DNA from: Armatimonadota bacterium
GTDB taxonomy: Bacteria; Armatimonadota; HRBIN16
Length of the DNA stretch: 64,000 nt
Assembly: GCA_963677485.1 (NCBI GenBank)
Contig: OY781964.1
Coordinates: 4,320,001 to 4,384,000 of the forward strand
Reading direction: 5' to 3'
The notes beneath the pieces are model-generated. The model did no database searches and was not told the DNA's origin. It worked only from the letters and a program-made list of their open reading frames with translations. The position numbers and the translations under genes were made by a program. Within the stretch, counting starts at the first letter, position 1; each line of letters opens with the position of its first letter. Positions 56,019 through 64,000 of the stretch are shown piece by piece.

Positions 56019-57359
56019 TTATCGCCGGATGCTAAGTGCAATGTCATCCGCGTATGCAGGAGATGAGAACTCAGCATTTCCGCCAGTGTGGTTCACCGTC
56101 AGGGTGCGGATCGATTGACCTGTAAGGGGACTGACCCAGGTCAGTTTGTATCTACCCTTGGGCAGATCAGTGGCAAGGGTGACCTGTTTGCCGCCGCGAA
56201 CGTAGATGGCATATTGCCGCCCTGGTTCTGACAATGTCCGGGCCGTGATGCCTGATGGTGACCCAAGGACTGTAACGCTGGAATCTGGAGCCATCTTTAC
56301 TAACGTAAAACCGTCGATAAATCTCTTCAATGCGGACAATGCGTTTCGCAGCCTTCTCCCGCCTGATCCCGGTGTGGGATGTTCGACTTTCGCAGTGCCA
56401 TCCGGTGTCGATACAGTAAACGAGTAGTCCAGGTTGTTATAGAGGGCACCACCAGCCATGATGAAGTCCCACCCATCATACCGGTAAACCTTGTCGTCTT
56501 GACCCTGGAATCCGGTCTCATCGCAGCCGATCACTCCCTTGAACCTGTTGTTCTCCTCAACTGCGGTAGGGGGATATGCGTAATGGAAGTTGAGTATTGA
56601 GATATTGGGATCAGGGTTCTCTACCTTCTCCGATCCATTGGCAATATTCTGGGCAATGAGGTGCTTTCTGGGATAACTGCGTTCAGCGTCTGTGATGACT
56701 GACGCAATATGCTTCTGCCAATCCAGCGTCACACCGCCGAAGTACGGCTCATTGCAGATTTCGTAAATCAGATTGTCGTGGTTGCGCAGTTCGGTGACGA
56801 TCTTTCGCGTCATTTCCTCCTGGCGGTGTGTCAAGTCGGCGTGTTTCAAGGTATGAACCTCATGTGCAGTCGCCTTGCCTACGCCGTTGGTGTTGTTCAC
56901 CGAGTTCAGGGGACTGAGCTTCCAAGAATCGTCTTCATAATATGGGCAGAACAGGCTGATCTCAACCACGATGCCACGCACACCGGCTTCCTTGATAAAG
57001 GTGTTCAGTCGACTAAAATAGGCGTTATCCCAATGATTGAGGTCGAACTTGTTTCCGCCATTAGCATACCCAGACTGAGTGCTGCGTGACCATGGGCATA
57101 TCAGTTTGTCAGCGGCGGGAGCTAAAGTGTTATCGCGTATGCCAAAAGCTCCATGCACTTCACAATACACCCCGGTAAAGATACGGGTGTAGTTGAGCCC
57201 ATTTCGCTTCAATTCGTCTAGATAAGGCTTAAAGGGAAAATCCAGGTTTAAAACTGCCCCATAGTGTTCGGCTGAGGTAACAAGCACCGTTGGTTTGCCC
57301 CGAAACATAAAGTATCGGTGATTTGCCGGGTGAAGTGATATAGGGATATGCGTTGCCAA
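56019..57359 (-). CDS. GH-A clan (GH5-like) glycoside hydrolase paralog 2
   Basis: Same length (446 aa) as 54412..55752 and collinear with it; YEICNEP and IGCDETG; TTG start after AAGGAG. Confidence 0.75.
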   Translation of the reverse strand: MATHIPISLHPANHRYFMFRGKPTVLVTSAEHYGAVLNLDFPFKPYLDELKRNGLNYTRIFTGVYCEVHGAFGIRDNTLAPAADKLICPWSRSTQSGYANGGNKFDLNHWDNAYFSRLNTFIKEAGVRGIVVEISLFCPYYEDDSWKLSPLNSVNNTNGVGKATAHEVHTLKHADLTHRQEEMTRKIVTELRNHDNLIYEICNEPYFGGVTLDWQKHIASVITDAERSYPRKHLIAQNIANGSEKVENPDPNISILNFHYAYPPTAVEENNRFKGVIGCDETGFQGQDDKVYRYDGWDFIMAGGALYNNLDYSFTVSTPDGTAKVEHPTPGSGGRRLRNALSALKRFIDGFTLVKMAPDSSVTVLGSPSGITARTLSEPGRQYAIYVRGGKQVTLATDLPKGRYKLTWVSPLTGQSIRTLTVNHTGGNAEFSSPAYADDIALSIRR

Positions 57360-57466
57360 TACTAGATTCTCCTTGCGTGTATGTTTGTGTGAGATTTGTA
57401 TGCCAAACCATGGTGTGGCGGTGTCAGAGCATATTCTATCGGCTCAGACACCGCATCAGGATCAGT

Positions 57467-59302
57467 TTAGTTCTCAAAACTGTGCATTCGGCTGAGCCAG
57501 GGCTCGAAGTCTGCACCACCTTCTTGGATGTTGGTCATCTTGATTCTCCGTCCGATTCGCTCAAACTCGGCGAGTGCAGCGGAGAACTTCGGCTTGTCGG
57601 TGATCTTACCTGACTGTGCCATCTGGCAGACATCGGCGTAGAGCACCTGCAGTTTGGCCCCCTCCACGCGGTGGAGTGTCTCAGGATCACGAGCTAGTTT
57701 GGTAGCCCGATCGAAGCAGTCTTGCGCTTTGTTCATGAATGCGGCATCGAAGATGCCCATTGGGAACCGAATACCGCCAGCAGGGGTCTTCAACTTACCG
57801 GTATGCTCATTCTCCCAGGTATCCCACAATAGTTGCTCGTAGTCCCATATTGGATCGGCAGCCTTACCGTAGTAACCGTACACGAAGTCTTTCATCAGCG
57901 ACCTGGTGTCCAGTGTGGGATCCCAAAGCTGTTTGGCCCAAACCCAGCAGCGCATGAATCCATCGCCGGTTCCGGGTGTCTGGTAGTTGCCTTGCAGCAT
58001 CACGCCTTTTGCGTTGTGCTTCACGAAGAAGTCGATGTCCCAAGCCACTGTTTGCCAGTTGGGCATGGGTGAGGGGTAGTGGCTAAAGTTGCAGGTGTAG
58101 TCCCAGATGTTGATATCGGCGCCCATCTCTGCCCAGTCTTTCATGCGCTGTTGAAAAGTTGCGGTCTGGTCGATCGTCAGGAATGGCTCTGACCAAGCAT
58201 GACTGTCTGTGCAGAGCTGTATAGCCACATTCTTGTGCGGTCTGACCGTCTTGGGAGCCGATGCGGTGTCTAGATAGGCCAGCGTAGATATGCGCACTTT
58301 GGGATACTGTTTGCCCACGATATCCGCCACGGCGTTGACGAATTTCAATAAAGGGCCTGCCAGGCTGCCTTCAGCGGCGGCGTCGGCCCGACAGATGGCG
58401 CAGTCACAGCATGGCACCGAGTCATTTTGTGAAACGCTGATGATCTGCGCGTTGGGGTTTTTGCGCAGTATGCTGATCACGCTCTCAGCGGTCAACTTCA
58501 CCACATCTGGGTTACTCACGCAAAGCTGACCTGGGTCGCGTTGACCGTTGTGCTCCGAAAAATACTCGGGATGATCTTTGAAATACTTCTCAGGGGGCAG
58601 CAGTGTGCTGAAGGTATGCACAAACAGCGCATACTGCTTGTTACCGCCCCACTCCGTAGGCACTGAGGCATTTGATGAGTTCGTCCGGTTGCGCAGCGAC
58701 CATGTTCCGTCAAACGCCTCCCAGTAGTATGGGTCGCGAATCTCTAGCACTGGCACATAGCTGCGTTTGACTGGTCGGAATCGGAGAGTCGGTTTGCTGG
58801 GGATGGTCTGCGAGAATCGCGAATACCAGCGGCACCCGAGGTCTTCTTCCAGCAGCGCGTATACCGCGTTGATCGGTCCTCGGGTCTCTCCTCCGGTTAA
58901 GAACAGGTTGCCATCGACCACGTCGATCGCGTAACCCTCGTCTGAGAGATCGGCTTTCAGGTATTTCGATCCCGATCTCGCCAGCAGGTTCGTCTTTCCG
59001 ATGCTGATCAACTTGCCATCGGGCTTGATGTTGCCAAACTCATTTTGAATGGAGAAACTGGCACCGGTGATCTGCTTCAGCCACTGCGCCAGATCACCAG
59101 CCGCTTTTTGCTCCTGCGTTGATGGAGACGCCGGAAGCAAAATGGAGTAGAGCGCGGTACCGGTTCTCGCGAGAACCACTTCAGGCCCAGGCGTTCCTTT
59201 GGGTTTCAAGGCGTTCTTCCATGCAGGTTTGGCTTGCGTCGAAATCCCTGCGAAAATGCTGCTCGATATGAGCACAAAAGACATGATGATCGCGTGCTTC
59301 AA
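57467..59302 (-). CDS. DUF4838 domain secreted protein (GH-like, with GH67/GH20-type N-terminal domain)
   Basis: Signal peptide; EGYAIDV...G..RGPINAVYALLEEDLGCRW, HPEYF, QLCVSNP, SQND...C.C..C, TLAY, WDY and YYGKAA. Confidence 0.82.
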   Translation of the reverse strand: MKHAIIMSFVLISSSIFAGISTQAKPAWKNALKPKGTPGPEVVLARTGTALYSILLPASPSTQEQKAAGDLAQWLKQITGASFSIQNEFGNIKPDGKLISIGKTNLLARSGSKYLKADLSDEGYAIDVVDGNLFLTGGETRGPINAVYALLEEDLGCRWYSRFSQTIPSKPTLRFRPVKRSYVPVLEIRDPYYWEAFDGTWSLRNRTNSSNASVPTEWGGNKQYALFVHTFSTLLPPEKYFKDHPEYFSEHNGQRDPGQLCVSNPDVVKLTAESVISILRKNPNAQIISVSQNDSVPCCDCAICRADAAAEGSLAGPLLKFVNAVADIVGKQYPKVRISTLAYLDTASAPKTVRPHKNVAIQLCTDSHAWSEPFLTIDQTATFQQRMKDWAEMGADINIWDYTCNFSHYPSPMPNWQTVAWDIDFFVKHNAKGVMLQGNYQTPGTGDGFMRCWVWAKQLWDPTLDTRSLMKDFVYGYYGKAADPIWDYEQLLWDTWENEHTGKLKTPAGGIRFPMGIFDAAFMNKAQDCFDRATKLARDPETLHRVEGAKLQVLYADVCQMAQSGKITDKPKFSAALAEFERIGRRIKMTNIQEGGADFEPWLSRMHSFEN

Positions 59303-59394
59303 TCCGATTTCTCCTATACTATCCGTTAACGAGTGATATGACAAAGGCCGGAGCAAGTCAGTGCATTGCTTCGGCCTGTTGGTTCGGGAATGTC

Positions 59395-60219
59395 TCAGAA
59401 GACGCTCTGGTTGATGTTAAACGCCGCACAGATGCGCTTCACATCCTCTGGCGCCAGGCCTTCGGCTTCGCCGCCAGCTTGGAGGTCCATAAACTCGTAT
59501 TTCGCGCCGATCTCGGCGTATTCAATGCGGTCACAGGCGCGCATGACAGATTGGTCGGACCGGGCCATCACGCCGTGTTTACCCCACAGAACGATGCGGT
59601 GGTCGCGAAGACCCTGTATGGTGGCGGCCATCAACTCGGCGGAACCGGGTATGGCGAACGGGATATGCCCCAGGCCTTCAGGCAGTTGCACGATCATCTC
59701 CGGCTGCCAGCGCAGTATCCGTTGATTCAGATAGCTGGTGTTCTGGTAGCGCTTGATGTGGCTGAGGTAGGTTAAGTGGACCGGCTGAGCGTGGATGACC
59801 GCGTGGAAGTTGGTGTTAGTGGCCAGAATCTGGTCGCGATGCACCGCCAGATGTGAGTTGAATTCGCTGGTGGGGTTGGCGAATAGCCGGCCAGGTGCCG
59901 AGAAAAGCGTGGCCGTGTTGCCGCCTTCATCAACCTGTATGAAGGCCAGGTTGGCGGGCGGGTTGTCTTTGATCTCGCGCAGACGGCGTCCGCTGCCGCT
60001 GACGATGAAGCATTTCCCGCTAAGCTCCGGGAACGCCTCAGGAAGAGTGATCTTCTCCTGCATCGGCATATGGCGTCTGGGGTCCAGAGGCCATCCGACA
60101 TAGACGCTGATGTTACCGGCGGCGCCTTCAGAGGCCTCAATTTCGGCCAAGCGGCGACCCGCCTCACCGATTAATACCATAATCTCGTTGAAATCTGGAT
60201 ATGGAGCTACTACAGCCAT
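59395..60219 (-). CDS. Class II aldolase, rhamnulose-1-phosphate aldolase-like
   Basis: EGAAGNIS, PTSEFNSH, VIHAQP, PGSAEL and LWGKHG. Resembles RhaD, but no rhaAB genes are adjacent. Confidence 0.8.
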   Translation of the reverse strand: MAVVAPYPDFNEIMVLIGEAGRRLAEIEASEGAAGNISVYVGWPLDPRRHMPMQEKITLPEAFPELSGKCFIVSGSGRRLREIKDNPPANLAFIQVDEGGNTATLFSAPGRLFANPTSEFNSHLAVHRDQILATNTNFHAVIHAQPVHLTYLSHIKRYQNTSYLNQRILRWQPEMIVQLPEGLGHIPFAIPGSAELMAATIQGLRDHRIVLWGKHGVMARSDQSVMRACDRIEYAEIGAKYEFMDLQAGGEAEGLAPEDVKRICAAFNINQSVF

Positions 60220-60270
60220 TTGGTTACTCCTGTTGATTGGCGGCAATCCGCCATTTTGACTGAGTATACC

Positions 60271-60648
60271 CTATTTGATGGCGACCGCTTCGATCTCGAC
60301 CAGAGCACCTTTAGGCAATGCTGCCACTTGGACGGTGGAGCGTGCTGGAGGGTTGCTGGGGAAGTATTCGGCGTAGACCGCATTCACATTGGCGAACTCC
60401 GCCAGGTTGGTCATAAATATGGTGGTTTTGACGACGTGATCAAGACCTGCGCCCGCGGCTTTGAGCACAGCCTGCAGATTGGCGAGTACCTGGTTTGCCT
60501 GCTCGGTAGCAGTAGTGCCTACCATTTCGCCGGTGATTGGATCGAGAGGAATCTGTCCGCTGGTGTATATAGTGCCGTTCACCTCAACCGCTTGTGAGTA
60601 TGGACCTATGGCTGCGGGTGCTTGATCGGTGCTGACGATGTTCTTCAT
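60271..60648 (-). CDS. ridA: RidA family enamine/imine deaminase
   Basis: APAAIGPYSQA, SGQIPLDP and PPARSTVQVAALPKGALVEIE. Confidence 0.93.
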   Translation of the reverse strand: MKNIVSTDQAPAAIGPYSQAVEVNGTIYTSGQIPLDPITGEMVGTTATEQANQVLANLQAVLKAAGAGLDHVVKTTIFMTNLAEFANVNAVYAEYFPSNPPARSTVQVAALPKGALVEIEAVAIK

Positions 60649-60728
60649 GCTTGACCTCCATGATGTCGATAGTGCGTAACCATCTTCAGTGTAGCGCATC
60701 AAACCCGTTCAGTTGCTACAATATTACT

Positions 60729-61613
60729 ATGAGAGTTCGCTTTGGCGTCGTCGTGGTCAACTGGAACACCAGGGATTACCTCCGCAGCTGCTTGCAGAGC
60801 CTGCGTGAGCAGCAGGATGCACCTGCTTTTCAAGTGGTAGTGGTGGACAACGCCTCAGCCGACGGCAGCGCCGAAATGACCGAACAGGAGTTTCCTGAGG
60901 TGACTTTGCTGGCGGAGACCGCCAACCACGGCTACGCGAAAGGAAACAACCTCGGAACGGCTGCCTGTGACGCGGAGTGGCTGTTGCTATTGAACCCCGA
61001 TGTAAGGCTGGTAGGAGACGCATTACGGCAGCTCGAGGTCTTTATCAACGAACACCCCGATGCGGCGGCTGTAGGCGGCATGCTGATGAACCCCGACGGC
61101 TCTGCGCAGCATAGCGTGCGGGGTCTGCCCACATACGGCAGCCTTTTTCTTGAGACCACAGGACTGGCGAGATTGTGCAGTTGCTGGGACCGCTACTTCC
61201 TACGATGTTTCGACTATTCTGTGGCCCAAAAGGCCCAGCAACCGATGGGTGCGTTGCTCGCTTTGCACGCAGACAAGTTTGTTCAAATGGGCATGTTTAA
61301 CGAGCGGTATCCCATCTTCTTCAATGATGTTCAGTTATGCCGTGATCTGCTGCGTTTGGGCGAAAGCATCTATTACACGCCATCCGTGCGGGGATACCAC
61401 GAGGGTGGGGCTGGCACCCGCCAGGTGAAGCCCAAGATGATCGTGGAGTCTCACCGGTCGCTGATCGACTATCTGCGGAATGGCCGCGATGGGCACTTTA
61501 GTCTGGCTGAGAATCTCAGCGAGCTGATGATACGGCTAAGCTGCTACGCCAAAACTAGGGTTTGGCTGACAGAGGGTGAGCAACGTATACATAAAGGGGG
61601 CACCGGCTCATAG
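60729..61613 (+). CDS. Glycosyltransferase family 2 (WbbL-like)
   Basis: VVVVNWN, VVDNASADGS, NHGYAKGNN and LLLNPD. Confidence 0.9.
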   Translation: MRVRFGVVVVNWNTRDYLRSCLQSLREQQDAPAFQVVVVDNASADGSAEMTEQEFPEVTLLAETANHGYAKGNNLGTAACDAEWLLLLNPDVRLVGDALRQLEVFINEHPDAAAVGGMLMNPDGSAQHSVRGLPTYGSLFLETTGLARLCSCWDRYFLRCFDYSVAQKAQQPMGALLALHADKFVQMGMFNERYPIFFNDVQLCRDLLRLGESIYYTPSVRGYHEGGAGTRQVKPKMIVESHRSLIDYLRNGRDGHFSLAENLSELMIRLSCYAKTRVWLTEGEQRIHKGGTGS

Positions 61614-62497
61614 AACTCAGTGTGATTATCGTCAACTGGAATTCGTGTGATTCAATACGCGCATGTTTAGGCGGGCTTCAAGCGCGTCTTGATGATCGTC
61701 ATGAGGTGCTTGTGGTTGACAATGCCAGTTCTGACGGCAGTGTAGAGATGATCCGTGCGGAGTTTCCTAAAGTGCAGGTTCTGCCGCAAGCCGTGAACCT
61801 CGGGTTTGGTGGTGGGGCCAATGTGGGAGCCGCTGCCAGCCAAGGCCAATTCCTGCTCTTCTTGAACCCAGATAGCACCGCAGCGGAACTAGACGCAGAT
61901 GCTTTAGTCGATGCCATGCAGAAGCACGCGGATACTGGCATAGCCGGCATCCGCGTACTGAACCCTGATGGCAGCCTGCAGATGTCCTGCCGCCGATTCC
62001 CTATCTATGAAGCCGGTCTGTTTCGCAACACTGTGCTTGGACGGTTGTTTCCCAATAACCGCTACCTGAAGGCCTACCTCATGCTGGACTTCCAGCACGA
62101 CCGTGTGCAGCCGGTGGACTGGGTTTCTGGCTGTGCCATGGTGGTCCGGCGGGCCTGCTGGGATGCGCTGAAGGGGTTTGATGAGCGGTTCTTTATGTAT
62201 TGCGAGGATGTGGACATCTGCTGGCGGGCGCATAAAGCGAACTGGCAGGTGCAATATCTGCCGGTCACTTCAGTGCACCACCGTATCGGCAGCTCCACCG
62301 ACCTGGCGGTGAACAAGATGATCCGGTGCTTCCACCGCAGCCACTGGCAGTTCTATTTGAAGAACTACTATCCCGATAGCAATGTCTTCACGGCTGGTCT
62401 GGTCTGGTGCCTGCTGCAAGCACGGGCGAACCTGCTGGTTCTTCGTAACTACATCATCTGGCTACGCACCGGTCGGCCAAAGCAGATAAGGGTATGA
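61610..62497 (+). CDS. Glycosyltransferase family 2 (WbbL-like rhamnosyltransferase type)
   Basis: IIVNWN, VDNASSDGS, FLNPD, DWVSGC and FDERFFMYCEDVD. Start is either GTG 61622 or a possible ATA at 61610. Confidence 0.9.
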   Translation: MELSVIIVNWNSCDSIRACLGGLQARLDDRHEVLVVDNASSDGSVEMIRAEFPKVQVLPQAVNLGFGGGANVGAAASQGQFLLFLNPDSTAAELDADALVDAMQKHADTGIAGIRVLNPDGSLQMSCRRFPIYEAGLFRNTVLGRLFPNNRYLKAYLMLDFQHDRVQPVDWVSGCAMVVRRACWDALKGFDERFFMYCEDVDICWRAHKANWQVQYLPVTSVHHRIGSSTDLAVNKMIRCFHRSHWQFYLKNYYPDSNVFTAGLVWCLLQARANLLVLRNYIIWLRTGRPKQIRV

Positions 62498-62504
62498 GCA
62501 GAAT

Positions 62505-64000
62505 ATGAGCCGCAAGCACACTAGTACGCCCCCTCCAACTCCGTCAATCAAACCAGTCGCATCAGTGGAAAGGCCTTCAGCAGCCGTTGTGGTGTTGGCG
62601 GTGTTGGTGCTGCTCATACCGTTCATTGGCGGATATGTGCTGATGGAGCCCGCCGGATCCAATGGCCTGATAGGGATCCTTACGGGCATGTTCGGCACCG
62701 AGAAAGACATCAATATGGCGGTCGGGATATCACTGGGGCTGGCTGGGCTTGCCATGCTTCTGCAGAAGCCCATTCAACGGACCGGCCGGTACTTGACCAC
62801 TCTGTCGGCCATGGCGATCTGGGTGGTGGTCTGCGCGCTGCTGTCGCCATATCATGCGGATGCGGTGCGTCAGGCTGGCTGCTGGTTATCATCGCTGGCA
62901 GTGATCGCGGTGGTCAGCCGCCTGGATCCACGCGGAAAACAGCAGCTCATGGCGGTCATAACCCTTACCGGCAGCCTCGTGGCGTTCATGGCGGTGCGCG
63001 AATACATGGGTAACCTGCGGAGTGCTCCAGACTGGCGGGTTTTTGGGCCGTTTCAGAGCCCTAACATTCTGGCCGCCTACCTATGCTTGACACTGCCATT
63101 GACCCTGGGTTGGCTTTCGCAGCAGATCAAAGCTGAACTGCGTCTGCTTTTGATGATCGGCTGGGGGTTGCAGGTTGCGGCACTGGTGTTGTCTGGCAGC
63201 CGGTTTGGGATTGTCTCTGCGGTGATCGGTTTGCTCATCTGGCTGGTCTGGCTTGCGGTACAGAAGCAATGGGATCGACGCAGGGTACTCAGCATCACAC
63301 GGGCGCTTGCGTTTGGCCTAATCATCGCTGTTCTCTGCACGGCCCCGTTGCGGAACCGGATGGGAGCGGCCCCAAACGCTGGTGCTCAAGAGCATTCGGG
63401 CCAGTTTCGAACTATGACCTGGAAAGGCACCTTGAATATGATCAAGGCGCACCCTGTCGCTGGCGTCGGGCCAAGCTGCTTCGCATACGGCTATGCTCGC
63501 AACGCCATCACCGGATACACCCGAACGGCGCACCAGAGCTATCTTCAGTTGGCGTCTGAGCTGGGTATCCCCGGTCTGTTGCTGTGGCTTGGCGTCGGTC
63601 TGGGGGGCATCGTTGTTCTGGTGCGCAGCCGACAGCAACAAATCCCCGCACCTTTGATGGCGGGGGTGGCCGCCGGTGTGGTCGCGAGCGGATGTCACGC
63701 GCTGATGGATTCGGACTGGCAGATACTGGCGGTGCTGCTGACCCTAAGCGTGCTTGTTGGATTTTGTACCGTGCCTGGTGTTGCAGCGATCGATCGTCCG
63801 GCTGCTACCGCAGCACGCAAATTCGCAGCGGCTTTGGCTCTGGTTGTCGGCCTATGGGTTTATTTGGGAGCCTACTACGCGCAGATTGGGCAAGCCGCGA
63901 TGCGGTCTGGAGATACCCCAACGGCTGTCACTTCGTATAGCCGTCTGCTGGCACTCTGGCCTTTCGACGGCACGGCGATGTTGAACAAGGCGATGTCGCA
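62505..64000 (+). CDS. O-antigen ligase/Wzy_C family membrane protein, runs off the window end
   Basis: Not in the ORF track because it is incomplete. Translated from ATG 62505 it gives MSRKHTS..., many TM helices, WRVFGPFQSPNILAAYL, LSGSRFG, FRTMTWKG..MIKAHPVAGVG and AHQSYLQLASELGIPG. Confidence 0.88.
   Translation, partial: MSRKHTSTPPPTPSIKPVASVERPSAAVVVLAVLVLLIPFIGGYVLMEPAGSNGLIGILTGMFGTEKDINMAVGISLGLAGLAMLLQKPIQRTGRYLTTLSAMAIWVVVCALLSPYHADAVRQAGCWLSSLAVIAVVSRLDPRGKQQLMAVITLTGSLVAFMAVREYMGNLRSAPDWRVFGPFQSPNILAAYLCLTLPLTLGWLSQQIKAELRLLLMIGWGLQVAALVLSGSRFGIVSAVIGLLIWLVWLAVQKQWDRRRVLSITRALAFGLIIAVLCTAPLRNRMGAAPNAGAQEHSGQFRTMTWKGTLNMIKAHPVAGVGPSCFAYGYARNAITGYTRTAHQSYLQLASELGIPGLLLWLGVGLGGIVVLVRSRQQQIPAPLMAGVAAGVVASGCHALMDSDWQILAVLLTLSVLVGFCTVPGVAAIDRPAATAARKFAAALALVVGLWVYLGAYYAQIGQAAMRSGDTPTAVTSYSRLLALWPFDGTAMLNKAMS

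Overview
This is a 64 kb bacterial chromosomal window of about 40 CDSs and one tRNA-Ala(CGC). A PEP-CTERM protein, an LptA/OstA-like protein and a secreted protein ending in a paired dockerin-like/EF-hand motif suggest a diderm such as Armatimonadota (inference only). It contains a VCBS-like/DUF3160/CapA three-gene module, hpf, gltX, serA, ugd, envelope glycosyltransferases and an O-antigen-ligase-like gene. There is also a cluster of a large secreted protein, a lipoprotein, an LptCA-like protein and a degenerate Enzyme-I-like gene; a Clp1-type polynucleotide kinase coupled to a degenerate nucleotidyltransferase; and a B12 radical SAM gene. A tightly packed complex I operon (nuoA,C,D,E,F,G,H,J,K,L,M,N) lacks both nuoB and nuoI. 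Further right are a sugar ABC ATPase, a roughly 1960-aa IPT/C-type-lectin/RCC1 surface protein, a DEAD-box helicase with N-terminal zinc ribbons, two same-length GH-A-clan paralogs flanking the tRNA, a DUF4838 protein, an RhaD-like aldolase and ridA. Several REP-like palindromes, intrinsic terminators and three near-consensus sigma70 promoters are visible. I saw no CRISPR array, integrase, transposase or reverse transcriptase. All family calls come from motif recognition by eye, without database searches.
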